Assembly (NCBI GenBank): GCA_028534125.1
Contig: CM052818.1
Span: 10,604,001-10,668,000, forward strand
DNA length: 64,000 nt
From: Lama glama
Lineage: Eukaryota
Reading direction: 5' to 3'
The translations under genes were made by a program, and so were the position numbers. Numbering within the stretch: position 1 is the first letter of the stretch; every line of letters begins with the position of its first letter. The notes under the pieces are model-generated. The model had not been told where the DNA came from. It searched no databases and saw only the letters and a list, made by a program, of their open reading frames with translations. Below are positions 38,791 through 52,440 of this stretch, one piece after another.

Positions 38791-39744
38791 GTTAACGTGC
38801 TGCAGAGGACTGATCATGATTTTATTATGAGTGTTGCGGTAAGCATGTGCACACGATTAAAACCCCTTACCCACTGCAGTGCTCAATACACACTTGCTGA
38901 TTCTGACTTGACAGAAGGAGCAAGATTTGTCCCACAGATCCCAGAGGAGAGTCTGCGCCCTGAATAACTATTCCAACTATTGCTCACCATATGTCCACAA
39001 CCAAAAAAAATAATTTTGGAGGGCAGGAAATGAGCACACATGTGCACGTCTGCAGAGAGTCGCCTGCTGAAATCGACACGTAAGACATATTTACCGCCGA
39101 GGCAAATGCCTTCATGTGTTTGTAAGTGGCTATTTCTGAACACCCAAAAGGGAAGAAGAGAGAAGCCAAATTCAAATGGCATCATGTGTTTGTTATTTTG
39201 GAGCAAGGTTATGTGGAAGGAGAGCTTCTCTTATGCCTGGAAGACTTTAAGGGGGAGAAATGAAGTATTTAAAGGTATTTTAATGATCATGAAAGGCACT
39301 GGCTTAACAGGGCAGGAAACTACAGTTCTCTCTTTATTCCCAGGAGGGAAATAACAAGGCTGTAGTTTAGCCTTCCCCGAAGAGTCATAAACTGGACTGC
39401 AAAGTGGCAGCCCCTTGAGACACCCTCTCTGGGTCTCTGCGGCCCCTTAACGGTGGGTCTGTCTGCTTAGGTTTTCAATGGGCTTATTAATTAATGATCA
39501 CAGCACTGTGCTTATGTAGCAGCAACCTGCGTGGGGTTCTGGGAGAAGCTGTTTCCTTCTGGAATGCAGGGTTAGGGACCTTCCTGAACAAGCTGGCCTA
39601 TTTAGTCCCACTATTTAGTTTCCTGCTGGCTTCCCAGCTCTCCATGGCTGGGTCCCCTACTTACCTATCCAACTCTTTCTTCTATTCTTCCCCTGCTCAA
39701 ACACGGAAGCGCCCCCTGCTAGTCCCCACTCCTACCATCAGCAT

Positions 39745-39945
39745 CACATGACTCCCATTGTTTGCAGTAGATATGTTCTATGAAGTCACTGGGAATACTG
39801 AATTAGCAAATACCGAACCATTGCTCCTAGGGGAAATTGGGGGTTACGTTCCTGAGAGCCTCTGGTCCTAACATTTTTGTCAACTAATGAATGTATAATC
39901 TTGTTATGTGTGCTTTTTTTTTTTTTCCCCTGTTTAAGCAGCCTA
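39745..39945 (+). mobile_element. MER82-like TcMar-Tigger element, 5' part
   Basis: tatgttctatgaagtcactgggaatactgaattagcaaataccgaaccattgctcctaggggaaat...gttcctgagagcctctggtc. Confidence 0.75.
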
Positions 39946-42900
39946 CTGAGCACTCCGGGATTAATCAGTGATCCAGGATTAGTGGAAGAGACAGTTCAGG
40001 ACATCAGGCCCTGGGGCACTCTCCCCTCACTTTAATCTTCTCTGTTGCAGCTTGTGGACCACTGTGAACCCAGAGGCTCTCCAGCCTGGAACTCTGGGTG
40101 TTACAGATTTTACTTCCACTCAATACATTTCCTCACACCCCACATCTATTTTGCAGTCCCCAGTTTGATAATCTGGCCCTCACATCTGGTCTTTGCCTTT
40201 GCTGGAGGCAGCCACTCTCCCTTCTGGCCTGAAGCCTAGTACAGTGAACCCCACCCACCATATATTGCCCTATGTCCCTCCTTTGACAGCTCCTACTCTG
40301 GCATGGAATTTTTTTTTTAAGTGCTAAGTGTGTATTCTTCATCTCCTGAATTCTTTTCATCTCCAGAATCACTCCACTCTCTTCATTAAATAGAAACATG
40401 CACTGAAACTATGGCAGGGCCCTTGAGCCAGCACGTTAAGGACGCGTGTTAGAGACATCATGTAGAGGTCGGCAGCAGGCGGGGAGCCTGGATAGAGTCA
40501 GCCTTTATTCCTGACAGCTCCTCCAGTGGCCACTCTGGAAAGCATGAGAGAGAGGAAGAGTGTCCAAATAATACAATTCCAAATGAGATGACATAATCAT
40601 GGAAGGCTCAGCTCGGCTTTTGGGAGACAGGGCATCTCAAAGAAACCAGGACTGAAATATAATCGGGAGAACATTTAGCAGATGACCAGAAGGCTATAAA
40701 TATGGTTGTGTTTTAACAGCTATCACCTTTCATGGCAGCATTTGTCTCCAGGTCCTTAAAAATTATCACACCAGAGTCCCTAGTGGCTTCTCCAGGAGAA
40801 ATCACGGTGCTTTTCCAAGTGAGTTCGTCCACCCTGGTTTCTTGAGTTTGATCCCACTTGTGTTTTAGTTGCTTCATCTCCAGCTGGCTCTTTTCTCTAT
40901 TTCCATTTACTGCAGCCACAGCATCTTACTGTTCGGTGCCTTCTCCCTCCGTTCCACTGTGTCTTCCTCCTTTGTCCTCTCACGCACACAGGGGCATAAG
41001 CATGTTTTGGATTAGAACCTGAAGCTGATTATCCTCCAAATGTGTGAGAGAGAAGTTGCCCACAAATGGCCTTGAGTTGTGCTTTCTTTGGGGCCACGTT
41101 TGTGAGAGCGCATGGCCTGTTCTTAAGGTTGAGGGGAAATACTAACTGGGGAAGTTTTATTGTAACGCAGGAAGAAATACTCCATGTAAGAATGACACCC
41201 TCTTCACAGGGCAGTCTGAAAAACATCCTCATCAGTATCCCAGGAGAAGGAATTTGAGGGACCAAAGTTCTGTCCATCGCTGGACAGACACATGGAAGAG
41301 CAGGGACAGCCAGTGATTTCTCAGACTCACGTGAGTGGCAGAGTAAGGGCTAGAATCCAGGACTCTTGTCTCAAAACCAGGCCTGACCAAGCACAGCTCA
41401 GCCTGCATGTGTTGCTGTGCCACTGGCCAACTCCTGGTCTGACTGGAGCTGCCTTTGCTCTTTGCCAATCCCAGACAATTAACCATGCTCTGTCCAGAGA
41501 CCCTCCCTTGATGGCTCAGAGGCCTATCATTCCTTGACCAAGAACACTCCTCTTCCCAGTATCAGGGTACCCAGAGAGATGCAGAAATCGAATTATGGCC
41601 CAGAAAACTGAGCCTTAGCAGACGTGGTGGCTTCTGGGAAACTGGCCTGTGGAAGGGCTAATGCAGTTGGATTTGAGAGTGTGCCTCTTTTTAAGGCATG
41701 TTACCCTAATAAATATAGTTTCACACCACAGGAGACCTTTCCTATGACCAAGTGCTTGCCTCATCCCATTTCCCTCTGGCCTCTATTTTCTTAATTTTAC
41801 ACTGAAGGATCAGTGTGCCTGGGATACATCCATCTCCCTTTGCCTCTCCTTTGGCTCATCTTCTCCCTCCTTCCCACAAGGGCGCTGGAAAGGGAGGAAG
41901 TACACATACTGTTTTATCTCAGCCTGTCAGTCATTTCGAAGACATCAGGGATGGAAGTGTCTGCTCCTCCCTAGTCATCACCAGGCTCTGAGCAAGAGCT
42001 CCACCCGTCATTAAAAGCACACCGTGCTCCTTGACAGTGACCGCCATGCTCACCGTCTGCTTTCCAGCACAGCCCCAGGATGGGGTCTGGAGCCCCTGCT
42101 TCCAGGCAGCCTCCTATCAGAGCTGAGCAGGGAGGCAGCTGAAAGCAGATTCTCTCCTTCTGGAAGGGTACTTGATGGTATTGGTGCATGCTGGAGAGTT
42201 TCATTTTGGGTATAAATAAGAAGCAAGCATTTCAAGTGACAGTTATAGCAAATCAGAGTACAGTGAATGGTTCCAACATTTATTCACATCATGTGTCATA
42301 ATAGGCAGCTCTTTAGGAAAGACACTGTGTGCAGAGTCAGACTGAATAGCCCAGGCATCAGCTCTGCACAGGAGTGGAAGGAATCACCATCATAACAACA
42401 GAGTGTGGCCAGAAGATGAAGTCAGACCTCCAGCTGGAGCCCTCACATCCCCTCCTTTCAGCCTTTGTGAAATGGCTAGCTGCCATGGGGGCGGGGCATT
42501 CTGAAGAACCCAGTTTCCTTTAGGAAACATGGCACACAGCAGGACACTGGGCTCATTATTTCTTCATGCTGGAGTTAAGGGAGACTGAGTTGCATACTGA
42601 CTGCAACTTTGGAACAGAGCTGGCTGGGGATGATTTTGCCAAGTCTTGATCTCGTTTTCAGAATCTCTAGGGTGAGAAGGTCAAGTCTTATACAGGTTAT
42701 AAGCTGCAGTGTCCCGATGGCCAGCAGGTCACATGCTATGTTGTAGCCTTGAGGAAGCTAAACACAGGCGGTTCTGTGACTTACCTCAGTTCTCCACTAA
42801 ATGACCAGCAAACCTGATTCCTGAATCTTGGCCCACTCAGAAGAAAAAGCTGGGTTTCCCATGAATAGAGCCCGAACTCTATATCAACATTGCGAAAGAT

Positions 42901-43576
42901 TCTGTCTTCCAATTGCACTTAATCAGTAGCACTTAGACCAGTATGCCTGTACCCATCTCTCCGGATTTGCTTCATTCAGAAGAATCTGGTGATTGGAGAG
43001 GTCTATCAACACCGCAGACAAAGATGGTCTAGTCAGTCATAGTCATAATGATCTAGGTATTTAAACATATATTTCTTCATAGAACTCAACATTTCTTTCA
43101 GGGTCACTTCATGAATCTCCAGGATTCTAAGTGAGGTTCAGTTGTGTCCCCAAGAAAGATGGAGAAGGGAGGATTGTTTATGCTGATCTGGAGGAAGAGA
43201 ACCCTTAGAGATGGTACTAACCTTATCTTCTCCAAGATTTAGATGGCAGTGACTACAAGCTTGGCGATTACTAATTGTGTGCAAATGCCCGGAGATGTTA
43301 AGTAACTGATCCAGAATTTCATGGTTAGCTAGGTTCTATGCCTGCTCTGGGAGTCAGTGCCTTGCCTTTGGCATTTCCACTGGCTGAGGGAGGTATTCAC
43401 AGCTCCTCTGCCCAAAACACAGGCCACAGAAGAAAGGACGTTCAGGTAGCTTCCCAGAGAACTGCTATTGAACTTGAATTCTAAGTTGAGCACTCTGCTC
43501 CATTGTCAGCTTCAACCTTTGTGAAACGGCTAGTGGCCGTGGGGGTGGGGCTGTTCTGAAGAGGCAAGGCTAATAG

Positions 43577-43713
43577 TAGGGGTGTGCAGACTTTACAGTA
43601 AAGGGCCAGATAGAGTGGTCCACGTGGGCTCTGTTGCAGCTGCTCAGCTCTGCTGTTGTAGGGAGAAACTAGTGGGCTAGATTTGACCCATGGGCCATAG
43701 TTTTCTGACTCTT
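43577..43713 (-). mobile_element. Internally deleted MER58-type hAT MITE
   Basis: gtaaagggccagatag...tgttgcagctgctcagctctgc...gatttgacccatgggccatagtttt. Confidence 0.75.
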
Positions 43714-45220
43714 GGTTTATACCATCAGGTTGAGATAATGCTCTGATTTCCATTCAAAAGCAGTACCCTTCCACCCTGATTGGGGATGCCAGTATTTTTC
43801 CAGGTGAATTTAGAGGCATGGGAAAGAGAAGATGAAACTGTTAAAGATAGCTCTATTGCTTTGTAAAACACCATGGCTTTGTACAAAATTATTTTCTTTT
43901 CTCACTATATTAATTGAACATGTACCTACACATGCAGACTCTGGCACCAATCCCTTATAAAACCCATGAGTGCAAACACAGATGCACACACAGATACACA
44001 AAGGCTTGTGCAATACCAGATGTGTGTTCCCAAACACATCTGGGTGGACATGACCATCTACATAAATTCTCAAAATCAACCTGATGTGATTCCCAAATTG
44101 GGTGTTTCAGCCAACCCTTTAAAATCATGACTATGCTTAGAAAGTCCTCAGGTACCCAAACTATTCACCTGGTTGCCTTTGTCACCTATTTCTTTCTTCA
44201 GAGAAGCCTGAATAGTGATACCAGCAGTAGCACGATTCTGTATAAGAAGGTAAAAGCTCCTTTCCATTTCCACCCCATTCCCTTCCCTCTCCCCACAACC
44301 CTTGCCTGCGGGCTGCCCTGAGAAATGGCCAAGAAGCAGCAGCTTTTCCATTTCACCCTCTGTGCACAGGGCTGAGGTCCTGGCATGGAGAACCTTCCTT
44401 CTGTGGGCTCAGAGCTGCAGAGGAAATTGATTTTTAGACTCCAGAGCAAGGTTTTCTACTTCTGTGGATCATCTACATCATGTCCCTTTTCAAAGGGAAG
44501 GACTGGGGCAAGCTTCCGGGTCCAAGGTGCTCATTGTTTCCAAACACATTTCACACTTTACTTAGGGCAAGAAACACAAGTGGCTATGAGAGCCTGCTTG
44601 ATTTCTCCCCTGGGTTCTGCAGGTGAGGAGGAAGCACAGTGGACAGAATTGAGAGGGTTTTATTGTAGAATTCATCTAGAGATTTGTCCCCCATCTCCTG
44701 GCCATCCCAGGAATGCATAATTTAAAGGTCTGCAAGGATGTGGTTGGGTTGGTGATGTCCTTGAAGGAGTGCCCTTGAATTGAGGGTGGGTGGGGATGTG
44801 TGGGGACATCATAGTTTCCTAGCAGAACTCTCCCTGTCCCTCTATGGGGTGGCAGAGGAGGAAGAACCTTCTTGGCACAGGGGGATACATCAGCAGAGTC
44901 ACATGTGATTCCCAGGTGACTTGGGGATGCTGGTAGGGGGGTGTCATTAACCAGCAAGGTCCTGCTGAAGGTGTTGGTGGCAAAGTTTTGTGAGCACACG
45001 GGGGAGAGGTGTGAGATTCACGAGTGGGCAGTGAGAGCCTCTGTCCCTTCTGGGCAAGGGATGGGGCTCAACTGAGAGCAAGTCTCTACTCGTGGCTATC
45101 TTCCTCATGAGATAATCTGCAACCTTTAACACCCACTTCTTCCCTCAACATAAAATTGCTCTCGAAGAAAATTCCCAAGTTTAGTTACAAAGCTATGCAT
45201 TTAATGCATTGCACTTAACC

Positions 45221-45400
45221 CAGGGTTTGCTAAACTGGGCTAGGCTTTAGAAAGTCTCTGGATATCCTGAAATTATGTGCCAAATTATAATGGATTTTTC
45301 CTTTGTGCCTATAGGAATTTATGCTAAGTAGGTATGGTTGGGTCCATAGCTTTCATGGGATTCTCAGGAGATGGGTGGTGTCCACAAGGTTAAGAACTGT
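45221..45400. mobile_element. hAT-Charlie-type MER fragment (subfamily not determined)
   Basis: cagggtttgctaaactggg ... ggtccatagctttcatgggattctcag ... aaggttaagaac. Confidence 0.5.
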
Positions 45401-45694
45401 TTCTGAAGCCAAAGAAATCTTATCTTGGTGGTTGGATTTCAGGTGCCATGGTGGGTGGGTGTAGAAGGTGCTTCTACAGGTGCTCCTCACTGCCCTGCAT
45501 GGCCAGTCGCACCCTCTGGCCTACAGGTAAGGCAGGGGTGGGTGCTAGGATGCCTAGGTCACCAGGGCATGATGCTTTGTAGTAAAGAAGGGGCTGATCT
45601 AGCTCTCCAGGTCTGTGGTCTATGATGGCAAAGCTAAAACTAAATACATGTTCCAGCTGGGTATGGAATATCTTCACCATTTTGCAAGATAAAG

Positions 45695-45850
45695 AAACAA
45701 TAATAATAGCTTTGGCTCTGAGCACTTTGCCCGTATTAACTCAGGTAATCCTCACAACCACTTTAGGAAGTGAGTCACGAGTTAATTCCCCTTTACAGCA
45801 GAAGGACCTGAGGCTCAGAGAGTAGGTAACTTGTTCAAGCTTACGGTACT
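45695..45850 (-). mobile_element. MIR SINE
   Basis: gagcactttg...attaactcaggtaatcctcacaacc...cccctttacagcagaaggacctgaggctcagagag. Confidence 0.8.
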
Positions 45851-46454
45851 GAGGAAAAAAGTTCCCTTTCACATAGTTTGACGGGCTGTTGGCATGCAAA
45901 GGGCCTTTTGCACAGGTCCTGAGCAGGCTCTCCCAGAGAAGCCAGCTCCCTCCTATGTCTCTGTGGTGCCAGGCTGGGCACACATCCCTACCCGCACAGC
46001 GGCCCATCCTGACACGTGAATGTGCCTTTCAAGAGCACACAGCTCCTCTTTCCTTTCTCTGACCTTCCCACCCATGGCTGCATCCCCGGTAGCTTGGCCC
46101 GCCAGGTCCCTGGCCCAAATAATCTAGCAAGAACACACTTTGTGCTGTCTGCCAGCACCCCTGCTTGGACCTGCTGACTCCTGGTTTGGACTGCCAAGCA
46201 AAGTGAGGCCTGGAACCTGGCTCACCGTGCTTGCTGCTTCTGCTCAGTCTCAGCTAGAGAGAAGGTGGTTATTTCTTCCCTTCATACAACCGTAGCATAA
46301 GATCTTTCTAATACTGCCTAATTTGTTTAGATTTTTTTCTTCCTCTTTCGGGATCCATACGGTGATGTCAGTAAGAGGAAGTTCAGGAAAAGACAGCGGG
46401 AGCGTTTGTTTCAGGGGCAGTGTGGGTGTGTTGGGGAGCATGGAGTTCTACCAT

Positions 46455-46660
46455 GTGCTAGATGCATGATGGTGACAAGTTACTTTATCTCCCTGAGCCT
46501 TAGTTTCCATTTCTTTAAAAGAAAAAGTGAGAATAATAATACTTACTCTATAGGTTGTTGAGAAGATTAAATGAGATCATGTAGATGAAAATGATTGGCA
46601 TATCCATGCTTAGCACCATTCCTGAGGTGTTGTCAGCACTGAGTCCAAGGTTGCTGTTTG
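46455..46660 (+). mobile_element. MIR SINE
   Basis: acaagttactttatctccctgagccttagtttcc...ggttgttgagaagattaaatgagat. Confidence 0.8.
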
Positions 46661-47041
46661 TAACTGGGGTGCAGAGAAAAAGAGGTCACTGTAGGCTGAA
46701 CAGATAAGGGGTGGAATTTGTAGGTTTTGATATTCATAGAGATGAAGGAAGAGTCAGAGGCATAGGCACAGAGGTGATGTGGGAGACAGGATGCAGGGGG
46801 TAGAGGTTCCTGCAGTGACTGGGTTCATTGGGTGGTAGGGCCAGGTAGGGTGGGAATAACAGATGGAGGGTTGTTTTGGGTTTGTTTTTTTTTTTTTTGG
46901 TGATGTGATTAAGGTCTTTATTAAGTCAATAATTGAGAATTTTTTCAAAAAGTTTCTGAACAGAATGGAAATATGGTAGCTATTAAATGGTATTTTAGAA
47001 AGATTAAATAGAGATGTGCTGAAAAAATAAATGGCAGAGAC

Positions 47042-47452
47042 TGTCATGAATTCACTAAAGCCAGTTTGCTTTTCCTCTGGAGTTTACAATTAGACTACAT
47101 TTCCCAGTCCCTCTTGTGGCAAAGAGAGGCCAGGTGACCGAGTCCTGGCTAGTTAAATATTAATGGAAGAGACATGCACCACTCTCAAGCCTGGCTCATA
47201 ATAAGTGATCCTGCATGTCCACTTTCCCATTTTCCAGCCAAAAGCTGAAGATCTGACAGAGAACTTCAACATCCTGGGGGATGGTGAGGCCACAAGTTGC
47301 AAGGAGCCTGGGTCACTGAATGTGTAGATCAGAGCCCCTGTCTCCTTGCTGCCTATTGGACTTCATATGGGTAGGAAATAGCATGTTCTGTGTTGGGTTT
47401 TGGAGAGTTTGGGATTGTTTGTTATAGCAGTTCACTTAAACTATCTAATACA
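47042..47452 (+). mobile_element. Near full-length MaLR solo LTR (MLT1I/J-like) nested in antisense L2 (~46660-47865)
   Basis: TG...CA termini; agactacatttcccag, ggagcctgggtcactgaatg and gttgtttgttatagcag-like 3' motifs ending ctaataca. L2-like sequence continues on both sides. Confidence 0.75.
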
Positions 47453-47613
47453 GGTTGGAATAGAGAGAGACCAGAAGGAGAATCTGGAGGCTGGTGCAGT
47501 GATTCAGATATGAAATGATAGAGAAATGATTTGACAAAGATTAAAGTGAGAATAAGTGAAAAGTATTCCCTTGGGCAGGTTCACATGACTTAGTGACTAA
47601 TTAAATGGGGACT

Positions 47614-47615
<2 letters not shown>

Positions 47616-47660
<45 letters not shown>

Positions 47661-47682
47661 AGGGGGCGTGTGTGTGTGTGTA
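47616..47682. repeat. (TG)n microsatellite
   Basis: Long perfect TG run followed by a second short run. Confidence 0.95.
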
Positions 47683-47867
47683 TGAAGGAGAGAAATGAGT
47701 GGAAAAAAAAAAATGCCTGCGACTTCCAGTCTAGTGACTAAGAAAATGGTAGTACCATTGACATAGATTGAGATATCAGAAAATGAGATAGGTCTAGGAA
47801 AAATGATGATAAAATGTATTCTATTCATGGTGAGTTTGAGGTAATGGTACAGAAGGAAGTACCTTGG

Positions 47868-48091
47868 CAATGCTTTCTCAGCCTTGGCACTATTTACATT
47901 TTGGGCCCAATGATTCTCTGATATGGGGGGGGGGGGGTGGACCTGTGCACTACAGGATGGTTAGCAGCAGCCTTGGCCTCTACCCGCTAGGTGCTCCCCT
48001 CCGTCTCCTGCCAGTTATGACAGCCCATGATGTCATCATGTCGTCATGTCTCCACACACTGTCAACTGTCCAGGGAAATTGAGAACCTCTA
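47868..48091 (+). mobile_element. MER20 (hAT-Charlie) containing a G13 run
   Basis: ttctcagccttggcactatttacattttgggcc...cctgtgcactacaggatggttagcagcagccttggcctctacccgctag...ttgagaacc. Confidence 0.85.
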
Positions 48092-49117
48092 GTCTCATGG
48101 AGATGTTCATGAGACTGAATGGCCTGAGTTCTGTGAAGACCCCTGTGTAATCAGGGCATTTCCGTTCTTCTGCAAGGCTCAGATTTCCTGAAGTTAGCAA
48201 CTCAGTTCAGGCCCTATGGACGGTGTCTCCAGGATCTCAGGCCACATTTTGATGAATCCTCCTGTGCTGTGAATCCTGGGATTCAGAGAGGATGAAAGGG
48301 GAGAAGACATGGGGGTCCTCTGAATAGATGGAGAGATTCAGGAGAGCCATGGTGAGGACCAGGCAAGGCTTCCCCTCCAGCATCCTGGGCAGGGGCATTG
48401 TGGCCTCTCGCAAGCCCAAGAGAGACCACAGGCTCTGAGTCATGTGTGTTTGCTTCAACATATTATCAACTGAGCTTGTAACAAAGCCTTCCAAATGGAA
48501 TGAGCAAGTCTCCCGGATGGCAACTGGCAGCATGCTTTGGGAGGATTCCCTTTTCATTTCCTATGTTTTATGATTTTTTTTCTTCTGCTTTTCAAAGAGC
48601 ATTTTTACAAGCTAGTATTTCTGTATTGCTCTGCCTGTACTCTGAGAAAAGATAAATATTTTCAATGTGTTTTCTGAGGCATATGTTCCCATTGAGAAAA
48701 TGTATCCCTTATGGACGTAGCTATTTTGACCTCATTAGCTGGGTAGATCAGAGAGAATTTGACAAACAGGCCCCAGTATGCCCAGGAAGCCTCGGTTAGT
48801 TTCCAGGGGAGCTGGGGGTTTGGTACCACTGGGGGTGCACCTTTGGGTTTCCCAGAGGGCTGCAGCAGGGGCGGAGGGGAGCCTACTGACCAGGTTCATC
48901 GATGAGAGAGGCCTGGGAGAGTGACCTTGCTCCTGGTTCCCAACTCCAGAGTCCTACTTAGCGGGAGTAGTGAGGAGAGACTGGAGAGCTGGCTCAGAAT
49001 TCTGCAGAGGCTCCGGGACCACCCCAGGGAAGCCACACAGAATGTAAAGCCTCCAGCAAGTAACTCCGGCTGCTTTCTCCCTGAGAGACGTTGGGAGGGT
49101 TTCATTGGATGGAGAGT

Positions 49118-49213
49118 GATGGTGACCAAGACGTTCCCGGTTTTAGCACTGAAAGTCCTGCATCCCCGGAAGCCTTTCTGTCCCTGGCTAACCAGGGATG
49201 CTTGGTCACCCTA
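49118..49213 (+). mobile_element. MER81 (hAT-Blackjack MITE)
   Basis: Terminal inverted repeats GGTGACCAAG (49121-49130) and CTTGGTCACC (49201-49210), with core cccggttttagcactgaaagtcc. Confidence 0.85.
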
Positions 49214-49354
49214 ATTGGACAGATGGGCCCAGGTATCAGCTGATTGTTCCCTGAGGCAATAGGACAAAGCCTATTGCTCCCAATCTCCTTCGTAACACCC
49301 CAAATGTAAGACTTTCATCCTTTTGGGTCTATTGGCAACCCTACATTATATTTT

Positions 49355-49570
49355 AAATCGAGAATCCCAGTCTCAGACTTGCTAGCTGAGTGACTTCAGA
49401 TAAGTCACTTAACCTTTCTGCACCTAACTTTTCTCATTTGTGATTTTGGGTAATTAGATCTTCCTCCACAGGTGTTGTATGGACAAAATTAGATTTGTGT
49501 TTATAAGACACTTGGCACATAAAGGCTATCACAGCCTTATATTATATATTACATAATAATAACATGATGG
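49355..49570 (+). mobile_element. MIR SINE
   Basis: gaatcccagtctc...ctagctgagtgacttcagataagtcacttaacctttctg. Confidence 0.75.
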
Positions 49571-49589
49571 TTATTATTACTATAATTAA

Positions 49590-49990
49590 TATCTGGTTCC
49601 CAAGATCCTTTATTAATAGGCAACAACTCCTGAAAGGATGATCTTGTGAAGCCAACATCAGCTCACAAGCCAGGTCTGTTTCAATCCTCATCTTCCTTGA
49701 ATTACCGATAGCTTTTGCATAGTTGATAAAGTGTCATGAAACACTTTCTCTGTTTGACTCCTGAGGCATTACTCTCCCTGGCTTCTTCTTTCCTCAGGCT
49801 CCTTTAATAGATCATCCTCAAATCCTTAACCTCTCATATTGGGGCCCCAGTTTTATTCTTTGGAAATTCTTGTTTCTGTCTCTCCTCATTTTTTTTAACA
49901 TGGTCTCATGACTTCAGATACCATCTTGACAATGAACTTCTGAACTTACATCTTAATCCTCAGCCTCCTGCCTTATACATAGCATCATAG
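49590..49990 (+). mobile_element. L2 internal fragment
   Basis: cctcatcttccttgaatt...gcatagttgat...tgaaacactttctc...actctccctggcttctt. Confidence 0.6.
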
Positions 49991-51377
49991 ACTCAATTTA
50001 TTCTTATCAATAAGTATGTGAGTCCTCTTTGTTTCACATCTTTGGCAAAACTTGTCAGATTTGTATTTTTCTCTCCTCTGATGCAAGGGAAACATATTGC
50101 GTTATATACTCCCTGTCCGTCATTCTATCACCCAACCCTATTTCTGGTCCTCAAAGGCATTCTCACTTTCAAGCCTTCTTGGTATGAGACTATATTATGG
50201 ATTGTCCGAGACTCTAGGATCCTTTGGGGGGACTTCGCAGTATTTCCTTAAAACACAAAAGGACTGAGGCAAAAGAAGCCAGCTTCCTCCTGTCCAGAAG
50301 CCAGGACTGGAACCATTATATTTACTCTGGTTCGGCCCAGGGGCATTGCATATCTTGATATATTTATCCTTTATTTATTTTATATTTTATTTTATTATCT
50401 TTTTAAAATTAAGGTGTGATGATAAAAATTTATAACTGACTTTAAACAAATACACAAGGATTTGGTGTAAATCATATGACATTGCTCAAAATTTTACCAT
50501 CATCATAATTTTTCAGTTTTTTTGCAAATGCCTGAGTATCTTAAGTTATTTACAGAACAAAGTGGGGATCTAAATAATGAATAAATAAATACCTCTTTAT
50601 ACTTATGACCTATTCTTTTGAACATTAGAAATAGTAAACATTGTTTCTTTGAGGGTGAATATAGTATTTGGAAATAACTAAATGATGACACATAATTATC
50701 AGCTTAACTTGCTCTGTGATCTTGGACAGGTCACTTAACCTCCCTGATCAATTTCTTACTGATTTGTAAAATAAGGGTCATGTTTTCCAATCATCAAGCG
50801 CTTTTCTAACTCTTGTATTCTGTTGTCTAGAGGACCATTTGCTTATCTGACAACTTAGAGATTTATTCTGATCCTATATTATAATAATTTGGGTATTTCT
50901 TTCTTTGGTGGATGAACGTAAGTGTGGGACCATGTGTGGTGTACATAGGTATTTATGTATGTGTGAAGGCCGAGGATTATACACTTCCACAAATCAAAGA
51001 CTAGCTATGACTTTGAGATACCATCTCATCCAGTCCCTGTCTTCTGACCAAAGCTTATCCAAAATTACCTAAATTGATGAAAGACTAAACTATATTGAAA
51101 TTCACAACAATGTTTAGAGTTTTTGTTTTCATTTTTGTTTTTAAGAAATTCTTCTCAAGATTAAAATAAATCTCTCATGTAGTCCTCTAGTTGTGACCAC
51201 TCTTACTCTCCTTGGAGATAGGTGGACACACATTGTGAAGTGTGACACTTGAAAATGTGAATTTGCATCCAAAATATACCTCTTTAAGTAAAGGCCAACA
51301 TGAAGGAATGATAGACATCTGGTAAACATGAGAACAGCAAAATCTTCCTCTTGCAAAAAAAAAATAATAATAAGGGC

Positions 51378-51402
51378 TGTCTATTTGTCTGTCTTCTATC
51401 TA

Positions 51403-51434
<32 letters not shown>

Positions 51435-51440
51435 TCATCA
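51378..51440. repeat. (TCTA)n and (TCTG)n tetranucleotide repeat
   Basis: tctatctatctgtctgtctgtctatctatctatctatctatc. Confidence 0.9.
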
Positions 51441-52214
51441 TCTTTCTAAGTGTCTATCTTAGCCTAAAGAGCAAACAGGTTCTGGTGTTTCTGTCCGATT
51501 GTTATGTTAGTGGTTTCTATCTTCAGAGGCAAAGATATGTCAGAGGCAATCATCCATGCTAATACTAGACATACTACCAAACAAAAACTCACACAGAAGT
51601 GTGAATTTGAGGGCCATTTAACACTGTAAATTTCCCCCTTGTATAACAATTATGGGAACATGCATGCTAATTGACAATGCAGTGCAGCGCTGTGCGAATG
51701 TGAACAGTGTTCACTCGTCCTCATAATTCCTCTTTTTATGGCTGGTGGTGAGCCTGTCCGGAGGATGTCGTACCCAACCCTCTTATGCAGGAAGCTTTCT
51801 CCTAGCTGAATATTTCCTATAATACCCCATACGTGTGCTCATGTCGTTTGGACCAGTATCTGGCTCATTGCACCTACAACTTGAGTTTTAGTCTCCAAAT
51901 GCATGCTGCCTTATTTCTTGGCTTGGGTGTTGGTTATTTTATTTTACTTCCTCTATTTATTTATTCCCATCTAGAGTAGTTAAGGAATACTATTATACTC
52001 CAGAGAGGGGCCTATGGCCTTAAATTATTTGGTTCCCTAGCAATGGTGGGAATGATCTACATTTCTGTACAAAAATCACTTACCAGGAACTGTAGAGTTG
52101 TCCACAAGGACAGATATTTTTTTTAACTAAACTAAACCTGTTTATATTCACCAGGATGCTAAGCTCTCCTGAAGAACTGTATGCTCTCTCTGGGGAGTCA
52201 ATAGAGAGATGAGG

Positions 52215-52440
52215 CTAAAGGCTGGTCACTGCAGGCTGACCAGCTGGGTCTAAATCCTGGCTCTGCCCCAATGACTAGATGTATGACCTTGAGGAATGAA
52301 TTCACTCACTTTGAATGTCACTTTTCTCATCTGTGAAGTGGGAATACGATTTGAGTTGTTGTGAGGATTCAGTTAGATAATCCGTGAGGGAACACTGTAC
52401 AAGGTGCCTGGCATATGTTGAACACTGATTATATGAAACA
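52215..52440 (+). mobile_element. MIR SINE
   Basis: ctgggtctaaatcctggctctgcc...ttttctcatctgtgaagtggga...gttgttgtgaggatt...gtgcctggcata. Confidence 0.8.

Noticed and set aside
51699..51714. GTGAACAGTGTTCAC palindrome as a steroid-receptor element
   Set aside because: The half-sites are spaced by 1 nt, not the 3 nt required for GR/AR/PR elements.
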